A stretch of 64,000 nucleotides of DNA, from positions 434,001 through 498,000 of the forward strand of contig NW_020846280.1 of NCBI RefSeq assembly GCF_003704095.1, given 5' to 3'. Position numbers and translations under genes: made by a program. Each line of letters opens with the position of its first letter. Within the stretch, counting starts at the first letter, position 1. The notes under the pieces were generated by a model. It had not been told where the DNA came from, did not search any database, and worked only from the letters and a program-made list of their open reading frames with translations. Of this stretch, positions 25,801-35,800 are shown in pieces. The DNA comes from Pocillopora damicornis. Lineage: Eukaryota.

Positions 25801-26601
25801 ACGGCAATTTTGAAAAATGTATGTATTGTTATGTTGGTATGAATCATGTTTACTTGGCGAGACTTGGACTGTATTGGAACCGTACGGATCCAAGCCTAAA
25901 TAAACACCACCTCCAGAGAACACGTCATTTTTACTTTGACTTCCAAAGAAGTTGTCTTCGATACTACGACTTAAATTCCTTTGCGTTGCGTTACTGTAGC
26001 GCGCAGTATTTTCCGTAAACGCGCTGTTTGTGAAGTTTACTACGCCTCCACAGTCAAAACAGTTGACAGCGAGGCCCGATGAAGACAAAATTTCGACGCC
26101 GTAGAAGCGTATGTTCTTGCAATATCTGAAATCTAGGGCTGTTTTGAAATTTACTCCATCGAGTCCGCTATAAGGCTTCTTTGCTCTAACTGTGCTCTTT
26201 TGCCAACCTCCACAATTCTGCAACATGATTCCTTCGAAAAATATATTTTCGCTCAGAACAAAAGACAAGCTCACATTTGATTTACAAGTGATTTGTACAT
26301 CTTTTGGAGTCGAACCCTGCCCTACCATACCGAAGTTCTCCACATTTGTAAATCTGTAACTCTTTGTCAGGGTGTAGTTTCCTTCTGCTGCTTTTATCTG
26401 TGTTGAGTTTGCTCCACTTTCACGTGCGATTGAGATGGCGAAATCCAGCGATAGACACGGTTGACTCTCCTTTCCACAAGTTTTAGCGTCCATGCCTTCT
26501 GGTGAAACAAAGATATTTCTAATCCTGTCCGATGCCATCGAACATCGAACCGTTAAAAGACTCCAGATCAAGAAATACAGGCCAGAACTTAGCGCTTCCA
26601 T
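22858..26601 (-). CDS. Paralogue B: intronless ~1247-aa beta-helix/multipass membrane protein
   Basis: Long ORF collinear with A (e.g. FINNTGFRGGAIAMYGRSRI, FDALQSCFKDQYRWCAAFYF). Likely start is ATG 26601 (MEALSSGLYFLIWSLLTVRCSMA, signal peptide); the ORF extends upstream to 26703. Confidence 0.88.
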   Translation of the reverse strand: MEALSSGLYFLIWSLLTVRCSMASDRIRNIFVSPEGMDAKTCGKESQPCLSLDFAISIARESGANSTQIKAAEGNYTLTKSYRFTNVENFGMVGQGSTPKDVQITCKSNVSLSFVLSENIFFEGIMLQNCGGWQKSTVRAKKPYSGLDGVNFKTALDFRYCKNIRFYGVEILSSSGLAVNCFDCGGVVNFTNSAFTENTARYSNATQRNLSRSIEDNFFGSQSKNDVFSGGGVYLGLDPYGSNTVQVSPSKHDSYQHNNTYIFQNCRFLGNEALWRNKSKQNDFVDTPELPFSRGGGLAIYFRSNASGCLVDVESCAFIRNRADWGGGLMLEMKEESRRNLFTMANTIFDSNEGRMAGGGIRIGNFIKGSGRGLNTFSVINCSFVRNEATWGGGASIFGTTIPDTTAYNLTQFYFNECHWSENTGTVGAAMASFLFNQNEDQIGPEIPYQVTLNFSKFQGNRVIRKEQLVTIGEGALYSIQVPLIFQGNVTFFNNTNSAMALDGSTMEIFGNVHFINNTGFRGGAIAMYGRSRIVFNKNSYLLFDGNKCDDRGGALYIFAPGPPLVGFNATGINTHICFFGYSDDSDFDYWETRVVFQGNKAAFAGNSVYATTLKNCRRPGEPRLNNSVLQWKFVEFRSADGQKTFLTKEVTTEPVKIEFDREDWSVAPSEVFNASLSLLDEIGNSVVGSINVKVIPLQDQSSVHLDASSPLFIANRSVSNVKLAGKAGEKFSVKLWYMGRGLLTKTIFNLSLKPCNPGFMAKENTCVCKDTTDAGVSSCESDGKTFYLKYGYWAGLVNEAFVTHFCPNGYCNISDHPSTEQKYDSGKLCNENRNQSSVLCGECKANYGVLFGGEHCSNTCSNWYLLLLILYGVILLIVVMGVMLINLDFFTGYLNAWVYSYQVMNVITPSGFQFDPFIEFLIGLGNFQFKIGSARSGGICFAAGLDDADKLAIMYALPTFVLVLVMLLARAVGNHPNWWFSKRVRAAPFRAFCTIFVLCYTDITRISLRILHFAKFGSTYVMYANGNIGYFSGKHIAYGVLAILYILIVVIPFPTILLFRSYLTRKLLFVVNLNRWKPMFDALQSCFKDQYRWCAAFYFLCRFILLAISTLAPSGAVKRAMLETACVLILLTFAFLRPYKEAADVKEDEESYEWINKSDVALLTTLSLIAIFSSAIDASLSNKTRAGLRVFVCVLAYVPLLVVGMVTYRTVSRWRQKKTLRNELREPELSVTDMSDETTVADNQPV

Positions 26602-27050
26602 CGTTAAAAGTAGCACGACTAATTCGAACAGCACAAAGTAAATATTAACAGATTTCCGAGAAATATTGTGTGACATACAATGGAAGTTGCGTATCAGCAT
26701 CACGACTTCCGGCCTTAGTATTAGGATGGCCTATATTATTAGGAGCTATTGTCACAATACTTGAACTATTTGCTTGTACGTTACAGGTTGTTCAGTTATT
26801 ATAAAGGAGCAGTTTAATGTTGGATTATGAGGGTATTTGAACACCAAAAAGGCAGAAATAGTTATAAAAATAAGGAACAAAGCTAGAAAAGATTAGAACG
26901 GATTACAAATGCCGAATTTGAAACATCTTTGCTCTTCTGTACCGTGACCTTTTACGCTCCGCCTCTAAGCTGTCTAGACACGTTTCTTAGAAATGAATGG
27001 TGCAAAGTTCGTGTAACATTTAAATCTTCATTTCTGACAAAGAGTGGGAA
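26602..27050. promoter_or_regulatory. Putative bidirectional promoter between B (-) and C (+), with ETS-type ACTTCCGG motif at ~26705
   Basis: Divergent start codons ~450 bp apart. ACTTCCGG is conserved in the duplicate at ~32512. TATA-like ttataaag at ~26800 and ~32592. Confidence 0.5.
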
Positions 27051-29845
27051 ATGAAGGATTCCTTTAGTATGAACTGTCTCTTTCTATGTTTCTTCCTTCT
27101 CCTGCCTTCAGCGGCAGCGTGGAGTAAAGAAATTTTCGTCTCACCGAATGGTAACGACTCGTTGAGCTGCGGTGCACGCGATCAGCCTTGCAAGTCCATC
27201 GACAAAGCTTTCGGCGTAGCTTTATCTGGCGGTGCTAATTCAACGTTGATCAACGTAAAAAGCGGAAATTACACCATGGCNNNNNNNNNNNNNNNNNNNN
27301 NNNNNNNNNNNNNNNNNNNNNNNNNNNNNNNNNNNNNNNNNNNNNNNNNNNNNNNNNNNNNNNNNNNNNNNNNNNNNNNNGATACTGGAATATTTCTGTA
27401 ATTTTTCAAGGCAATGAAGCAGTTGACGATAAAAAAGGACAAAAAAAAAAAAACTCGATATACGCAACAACTCTACGGAACTGTCGGCGGCCTGGTGAGT
27501 CTCGGCAAGACAACACAGTGCTGAAATGGAAATTCATCCATTTCAAAACTTTAGATGGTAAGATTTCCTCGAGAAAGAACGAAGTAACAACTGATGCTGT
27601 AGAACTACATTTTGATAAGAAAGATTGGGAAGTTGCTCCAGGAGAAGTATTCAACGCAATAGTCGAGTTGGTCGACGAGATAGGGAACACCGTCGTTGGA
27701 ATTGTGGACATTAATATCGATGTTCTTGAAAATACACTACCAGTTAAACTTACAACTGCATCCACGGTCTTTCTAGCTGACGGACAAATATCTTCTCTAA
27801 GTCTGACTGGAAAGCCAAAGAGTGTTTTCACGGTGGTTCTACAATACACGGGGGAAGAATTATTGCACGTTAAAATCGTAAACGTCTCTTTGCAGAATTG
27901 CCACGCAGGCTTCATTTATAACAGTTCCGTTCAGAATTGCGTTTGCATGAAATCTCCAGGAATAGCACGGTGTGACTTAAATGATAAAAAGACTGTTTAC
28001 CTGAAGAAAGGATATTGGGCTGGGAAAGTGGGCGATAATTTCACAACACATCTCTGCCCCGACGGATACTGTACCACTCACAAGTCCATATTTCCTTCTG
28101 AGTACAAGTACAACGGAACAGTGTGCCAAAAGGGCAGAAACCAGACGAGTGTACTTTGTGGCCAATGCAAGCGTGGTTACAGTATCATGTTTGTGAGCGA
28201 ACAATGCTCATCCGATTGCACTGATAAATGGCTATGGATGATTTTTGTCTATGCAATAACACTAATTGTAGTTACTTGCTTCGTGTTGTTGGTTAATCCG
28301 AATCTGTCTGGGGGACACCTGAATGCTTGTTTGTACTCATACCAAATCATGAAAATACTAATCCCAGATGGATTTACTTTCGATCCTTTTATTGAATTTC
28401 TCATCGGACTGACTAACTTTCAACTTGGAGGTAGACGTGGCGTTTGTTTCGCAGCTGGTTTAAGCAATGTTGACAAGCTGGCCATATCGGCTCTCTTTCC
28501 AATCGCTGAAATACTTCTGATATTGCCTTTGTTAAGACGGGTGTTGATTAAAACCTGGAGCAGGGGGTTGGACTTGCTAGTTGATAGACTGAACGACAGA
28601 GAGAGTTGTCGTTGTGGTTGTTTCTGTCGAAACGCAGTTGTGAGCTGGCTGGAGTTCTTCTCTGCTTCGTTCAAAGCACGTATAGAGAATGGATTCGACC
28701 ATGCCTTCTTCACCATCGTAGTGTTGTGCTATGCCGACTTGGCCAACATTGCACTGCGTCTCTTGCATTTCGTGAAGGTTGGTGGGCGGTGGGTGTTGTT
28801 TGATGATGGTAATGTTAAATTCTTTGACAGCGTTTTGCACGGTATATTCATAATTGGTGCTATTTTCCTTCTGCTGTTCGTCATTTACATCCCGCTGAGA
28901 CTTGCAATCCATCCGGAGAAATCAAACTTACGACTTCAAACTCTTCATGCTTGTTTTAAGCCTGGTTATCGCTCTTTTGTGGCTTACTACCTTGTGTGTC
29001 GACTGGTGCTGTTACTTATAGGTACTTTTGTACCTAATAGTTCTTTGAGAGCCTCTTTGTTGCAATTCTTTTGCATTCTATTCATGTTTGCCGTCGCAAC
29101 TGTGAGACCTTACATAGAAAGGAACCATGGTGGCAATGAATACGAGGCCCCACGAGCGACAACTCAGAGTGGTAACTTTACAGAAGGAAGGCAAGTATCT
29201 AAAGAGGCAAGTCCGAGCGTCAATGAAACACCAGCCCCTCCACAAGAACTAATTCGTGTAGGTGTGGATGGCGACGAAGTAAAAGAAGAAAAAAGTGAGA
29301 CCGAAGGAGAACAAAATCCAAGAAGCGCTTCGACAAGAAGTTCCAAACAGGCAGCAAATCATCGCACTGCGCGTAACAATGAAGGAGAAGAGGCAGAGAG
29401 GCCTGGTCGCCAAGAAGAAGAGGAAGGACGTCAAAGAAATGCTGGTCAAGAGATAATGGAAAACCTGTACATCTACGAGTCCGACCTAGTGATCTTAGTG
29501 ACGCTGAGTGCCATTGCAGTTTTCAGTCTTCCTACCGACACTGAAGTATCCGAAACCACTAAACTTAGTCTGCAGTATTGGGTTAGGATTTTGGCATACG
29601 TCCCACTGGTGATGGCTTTGGTTCCCTACATCTTTTATTTAATGCGCCTACTACAGCGGTATCGCCATGAGAGAAGGGAACATCATGTCCCTAAGCCACA
29701 GGGTGTATCATGTATGTCGCCTTCCCGTTTAATTGAGCAGAGCCCCGCAGTACAAGATGATCGGTCAGATGAGAAAACTCCACTGATAAGAAACAGAGAA
29801 GATACAGCTTCTGACCACGGTAGTAGATTTTACACAATCCCCTAG
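27051..29845 (+). CDS. Paralogue C: beta-helix/multipass membrane protein interrupted by an assembly gap
   Basis: 27051-27280 nearly identical to the start of D. The N gap 27281-27380 stands where D has ~1.5 kb. The frame is open from 27383 (YWNISVIFQGNEAV...) to TAG 29845, including an in-frame 12-nt A-rich insertion (QKKK). Confidence 0.8.
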
Positions 29846-31204
29846 AGCCTTGCATTGTAGACGAGGTACGTCACTATTCCTAAAATACCTAAACACCGCA
29901 TGCATTCCTTACTTCCCTTTAATCTTTCTGTGTAATCGTTTGAACGCCATTGCACATGAGACAAAGAAATCGAGGAAAGCTGTGAAACACCTTTCTCGAG
30001 GGTGAAGAGAATACCTGCATGAGTGTGGTAGATTAAGAGAGAATTCACCGACTCTCTTAATCCGGTTACTGCACACGGCGCTTTCGACAACACTGCTTGC
30101 GATCCACGCGGAACTTAACATGCAGGATATTTGTCCCATAAGAGCCTTCAATGAGCAGTTTGGGTCGTAGCTTGCTTCAAAGTTTTCTTACTTGCTGGCG
30201 TCGGACTCCGCCTCCCCTCCCCGCTCCTCCCCCTCCCAGCCTACGAAAAAAGTTATCTCTATCAGTCTTACCACGCAGCTGGGGTGTAACATTGTCTAGT
30301 AGGGTGGGGGAAAGAATGGTTTATAAATCGAATTGGAATATCTGAAATCATTGTCAAGATCATTATTTCCTTTCAGTTTATTTTTTCAAAGCCTTAACCT
30401 TTTCTCCACGGGCAAAAATAAGACATCCTGTGAATTATCTTTACTAATTTTGATATCCTCTTTTGATTCCCTATAGTTGCCAGAGATGAAATTGTACTTA
30501 GCTGCGAATTTAGAAGCTGACGTTTCAGTGAGTTGGAATAAAGAAGAATTGAATACTTTCTAACGCAGTTGAAAATAATCATCCCTGACCAAAACCAATG
30601 TGACTTTTGACTCTAATTTTGTGCTGATGCTTTTGTTGTATCGGGGACTGTTACAGTCATTTTTTTCTCTAAAATTGTGATTTCACGAAAAAAAACTGTT
30701 AGGTGATCAGAATTATTTCATTTGCAATCAGCGATCTATTATAGCAAGCGTGAAACAGTTTCAGACAAAACCTTAATAATGGAATTAATTATAAATTGTC
30801 ATTATGATGACGAGACTCACCAGAACCCTTATTAGGCTCAAGTGTAGTCAATCGATAAATTTTGATGATTGATTTGTATCCGTAATTATACGAACCCACT
30901 AAGTTTAACTGGCATTTCACAGTTTAGTTTAGGATTAAGCAAGAAATTTTCTTACGACTGAAGCTAGGCTGTCCTTTATCTATGATCTGTGACTTGTACT
31001 GTTTGGTTGGTTCATCAAGTTTTCTACTTTATTAAAATATAAATTTCCTTTTTATGCTCGTTTTTACAACTTTAGTTGGTCGATCTATGATCAAGGGGCC
31101 CTTTTCTTGGTATTCCCATCTGCGTTATACAACTCTTTCTGTTTTGGCGCATTCTTTCAACGATTACCTTAGAAACCTTTCCTGTGTTTGGTTTGTTTCT
31201 CCAT

Positions 31205-31450
31205 TAGTGAAATCCAGCGAGAGACACAGTTAACTAAGCGTTCTCTGGTAAAACAAAGATATATCTAATCCTGTCCGATGCTACCGAACACTGAACCGTT
31301 ATAAGACTCAAGATCAAGTTTGGACGCACTCAAAACAAAACTAGCATGATTGATCCAAAGGGCATCAAGTAAATTAGACAGATTTCTGAGAAATGTTGTC
31401 TGACAAAGGATGCAAATTGCGTGGGTGGCTTCGTCACGCAAACTTCCGTT
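31205..31450 (-). pseudogene. Degenerate 5' fragment of a paralogue-B-like gene
   Basis: gaaatccagcgagagacac...aacaaagatatatctaatcctgtccgatgc...gaaccgttataagactcaagatcaag...agatttctgagaaatgttg aligns by eye, with indels, to 26440-26710 (5' end of B). Confidence 0.7.
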
Positions 31451-32828
31451 ACAAAATCCTGGCATGACAAACTCACATTTTTGGCCGATTAACATCGTTG
31501 TTAACAATAATAAAAACTTATTTTCCCCAAATGGACAGCAATTGCATGGCACAAATAGGATAACTGCATCGATAATACAACAGTTAAGATAGCAGATTAA
31601 ATAGTTAGTATCAATGAATTACTAATCGTGACACTTACCATCTTTCGTGAAAAGCTTCCAAAACAAAATGTACCTCGATATTTCGAGACACTTTTTTAAC
31701 TTATTGCATTAACAGAATGAAAAAAATTATATCCTTTTCTGAGTCAGTAGAGATTGAAATGAATACATTCCAAATGAATTTTCGTTTTTCACTTCATCCA
31801 GAGCTGATTTTAAAGTCGCAATTGTACAACTGATTGCCTGTGATGTTAGTTTTATTTTCAACTGTTCCTTCTAAATGAAAGCCTCTTCAATTAGTTTTGT
31901 TAATAGAAATGAATGTAAGTTTCGTATTATCATGTTGAGTTAGTTAAATCGAAAATTACGCTCAAGGCTGCCACTAACTGTTCTACGTACCCAAGTCAGA
32001 GTATTGATAGATTTCTCAGAGTGGTTTTAAATACAATTCATAAGAAGCCGTAATTTTCCTTATTTCACTTTTCGGGTTTTCTTTAAAAACATTTCAGAGC
32101 TGTCACCCTCTTCAAGCTAGCTACATGTCAGGGGCAAAATAACAACAGTCTTTTGGGTGTTTTACTGAATATGTCGACCTTAGTTACGTCAACCTTAGAT
32201 CTAAAATACGCATGATCTCATTTCATTAGAATGAACAGAGAGGACGCAGCCGTAGCACATCAAGATCTTTATCACTTTGGACCACATATAAAGATCAAGC
32301 CTTGTCAACAACATTAATTTCCTAGAAATGAGAGCTTTTAGCCACAAATATATGGCAGCTGTCCAATCATTCTACTTGGCAGATTTTTAAATCGGGTCCT
32401 GAACTCATAAAGCGCATACGAAGAAAGAAGCGAATATGTATATAACTTGAATATGTATATATTTTCACTGAGTGTAAATAACAGTGACTTTCAACCTGTC
32501 ATTTCATCGCGACTTCCGGCCTTATTACTAGGAAGGCGCTATTGTCACAATACTTCAACTACATGCTCGTACGATACAAGTTGTTCACTCCTTATAAAGG
32601 AGCCGTTTAATGTTGGATTATGAGGGTATTTGAACACCAAAAATGTAGAAATAGTTATGAGAATAAGGAACAAAGCTAGAAAAGATTAGAACGGATTACA
32701 AATGCCGAATTTGTAACGTTTATGCTAAATTGTACCTTGATCCTTTACGCACCGCCTTTCAGCTGTCTGAACACCTTTCTTAGAACTGATGGGGCATTTA
32801 CATCTTCATTGTTGACAAAGAGTGGGAA

Positions 32829-35800
32829 ATGAAAGGTTCCTGTTGTATGAACTGTCTCTTTCTATGTTTCTTCCTTCTCCTGCCTTCAGCGGCAGCGTGG
32901 AGTAAGGAAATTTTCGTCTCACCGAATGGTAACGACTCGTTGAAATGCGGTGCACGCGATCAGCCTTGCAAGTCCATCGACAAAGCTTTCGACGTAGCTT
33001 TGTTTGGCGGTGCTAATTCAACGTTGATCAACGTAAAAAGCGGAAATTACACCATGGCAAAGAGCTTCAACCTCACTAACGTGGATACCTTCGCTCTTGT
33101 TGGCGACGAGGACTTTGGATCAGGCAAGGTAAGAATTACTTGCGAGCCAGAAGTAAGCATTTCGTTCGTTCTTTGTGAAAATATTATATTCGAAAGAGTA
33201 CAGCTGCACAGTTGTGGTGGATGGCGAGAAAGTACCGCGGGAGCAAACGAGTCGGTTCCCATCGGACCCGGCAACCGAGGTGTTCTGTTTAGGACCGTTT
33301 TAGACTTTCGATATTGTAGAAACGCGTGGTTCACCAATGTTGAGGTGTCAAACTCGCCAGGGGTTGGAATAAACTTCTTCAATGTTGGAGGCATTTTGAA
33401 CTTAACGAACTGTGCATTCACCGACAATAAAGGCGCAAACTATAACGAGACCAACAGGCCGCTACAAGCCCCATTCATTGGAGATGAATATGTGCTTTCA
33501 GGAGGTGGGGTTATTTTGACTCTTAGCGTGTACGAATACAATGTCTTAAACGTCACACCGAGCCAACAAGAATCGTTCCAACACAAAAACAGCTACATCT
33601 TCTCGAGCTGCACATTTCTCGGAAATGAGGCGATCGGATGGAATATTAGTAGTATCTATGATCAGAAGAAGGATCCCGGTCGATCAGAATTTAGCTTAGG
33701 TGCAGGATTGGCGATAAATTTCAAAGGCAATGCCAGCGGCTGCAATATTCAAATTCAGTCTTGCTCATTTACTGATAATAGGGCTGTATGGGGAGGAGCT
33801 CTTAACGTTGAAATAAGAGATCAAGTGAAAAGGAATCGTTTCATGATAACGAACACTTCATTTCATGACAATTTTGGGAGACTCGCCGGCGGGGGAGTTC
33901 GGATTGGCAATTTACAAACACGGGCCACAGTGGACACTATGAATACATTTATCTTTGACAAGAACTGTGTATTCACAAACAACACAGCCATTTGGGGCGG
34001 TGGTGTGTCACTGTATGGAAGATCTATATGGGGCTCTTCCAATACGGAGACTCACTTTTTGGGGATGTTCAACCTTTGTATCTGGCGAGACAACCAAGCA
34101 ACAGTGGGATCCGCAATAGCGGTCATGCTTGACAGAAAACAGGAAGTCCAGGTTGATTCGGGAATTCCAATCTCGATCAGCTTCAAAGACTGCACGTTTA
34201 CAGGGAACCAAGTTGACGTTTTAGATGAAGGTGTTATGATAGGCGAAGGTGCATTGTACAGTGATGGGGTAATCCTTAACTTCCGAGGGAAAACTTTGTT
34301 TATAAACAATACGAACACGGCATTGTCCTTGGATGGGTCGGTGACAAAGATAAGCGATCATGTGAATTTTATCAATAATCATGGTTACAGAGGAGGGGCC
34401 TTGGCAATGCGTGGCTATTCAAAAATTATTTTTCAGAAGAATTCGACCTTATCTTTTTACAACAATTCGTGTGACCACAAAGGAGGAGCAATGTACATTG
34501 AAACTGCTGGATCTCCAATGGTGGCTTTCAACGCAACTGGTGTGGACATTCATGATTGCTTTTTTGGATACGAAGACGCACGAGACTTTCAATACTGGAA
34601 TACTTCTGTAATTTTTCAAGGCAATGAAGCAGTTGATGACAGAAAAGGAAACTCAATATACGCAACAACTCTTAAAAACTGTCGGCGGCCTGGTGAGTCT
34701 CGGCAAGACAACACAGTGCTGAAATGGAAATTCATCCATTTCAAAACTTTAGATGGTAAGATTTCCTCGAGAAAGAACGAAGTAACAACTGATGCTGTAG
34801 ACCTACTCTTTGATCCGAAAGATTGGGAAGTTGCTCCAGGAGAAATATTCAACGCAAGAGTCGAGTTAGTCGACGAGATAGGGAACACCGTCGTTGGAAT
34901 TGTGGACATTGATATCCATGTTCCCGAAAAAGCACCAGCAGTTAAACTTGGAACTACCTCCACGGTCTTTCTAGCTGACGTACAAATATCCTCTCTGAGT
35001 CTGACTGGAGAGCCCGGGAGTGTGTTCACGGTGGTTATGCACTACATGGCAAGAGAACTATTACAGGATAGAATCGTAAACGTCTTTCTGCAGAGTTGCC
35101 ACGCAGGCTTCTCTTATAACAAAACCACTCAGAATTGCGTTTGCATGAAATCTCCAGGAATAGCACGGTGTGACTTACATGACAAAAAGACTGTTTACCT
35201 GAAGAAAGGTTATTGGGCTGGGAAAGTGGGCGATGATTTCACAACATATCCCTGCCCCGACGGATACTGTACCACTCTGAAGTCCATATTTCCCGGCGAA
35301 TACCAGTACATACCCAGAACCTTATGCAAAGATGGCAGAAACCAGACGAGTGTACTTTGTGGCCAATGCAAGCGTGATTACAGTATCATGTTTGCCAGCG
35401 AACAATGCTCACCCGATTGCTCTAATAAATGGCTATGGATGATTTTGGCCTATGTAATAGCCCTCATCATAGTTACTTGCTTCGTGTTGCTGGTTAATCC
35501 GAACCTGTCAGGGGGACACCTAAATGCTTGTTTGTACTCATACCAAATCATGAAAAAACTCACTCCAGAAGGGTTTACTTTCGATCCTATTATTGAATTT
35601 CTCATCGGACTGACTAACTTTCAACTTGGAGGTGGACGGGGCGTTTGTTTCGCGGCTGGTTTAAGCAATGTTGACAAGCTGGCCATATCGGCTCTCTTTC
35701 CAATCGCTGAAATACTTCTGATTTTGCCTTTGTTAAGACGGGTGTTGATTAAAACTTGGAGCAAGGGGTTGGACAGGCTTGTTAATAGACTGAACGACAG

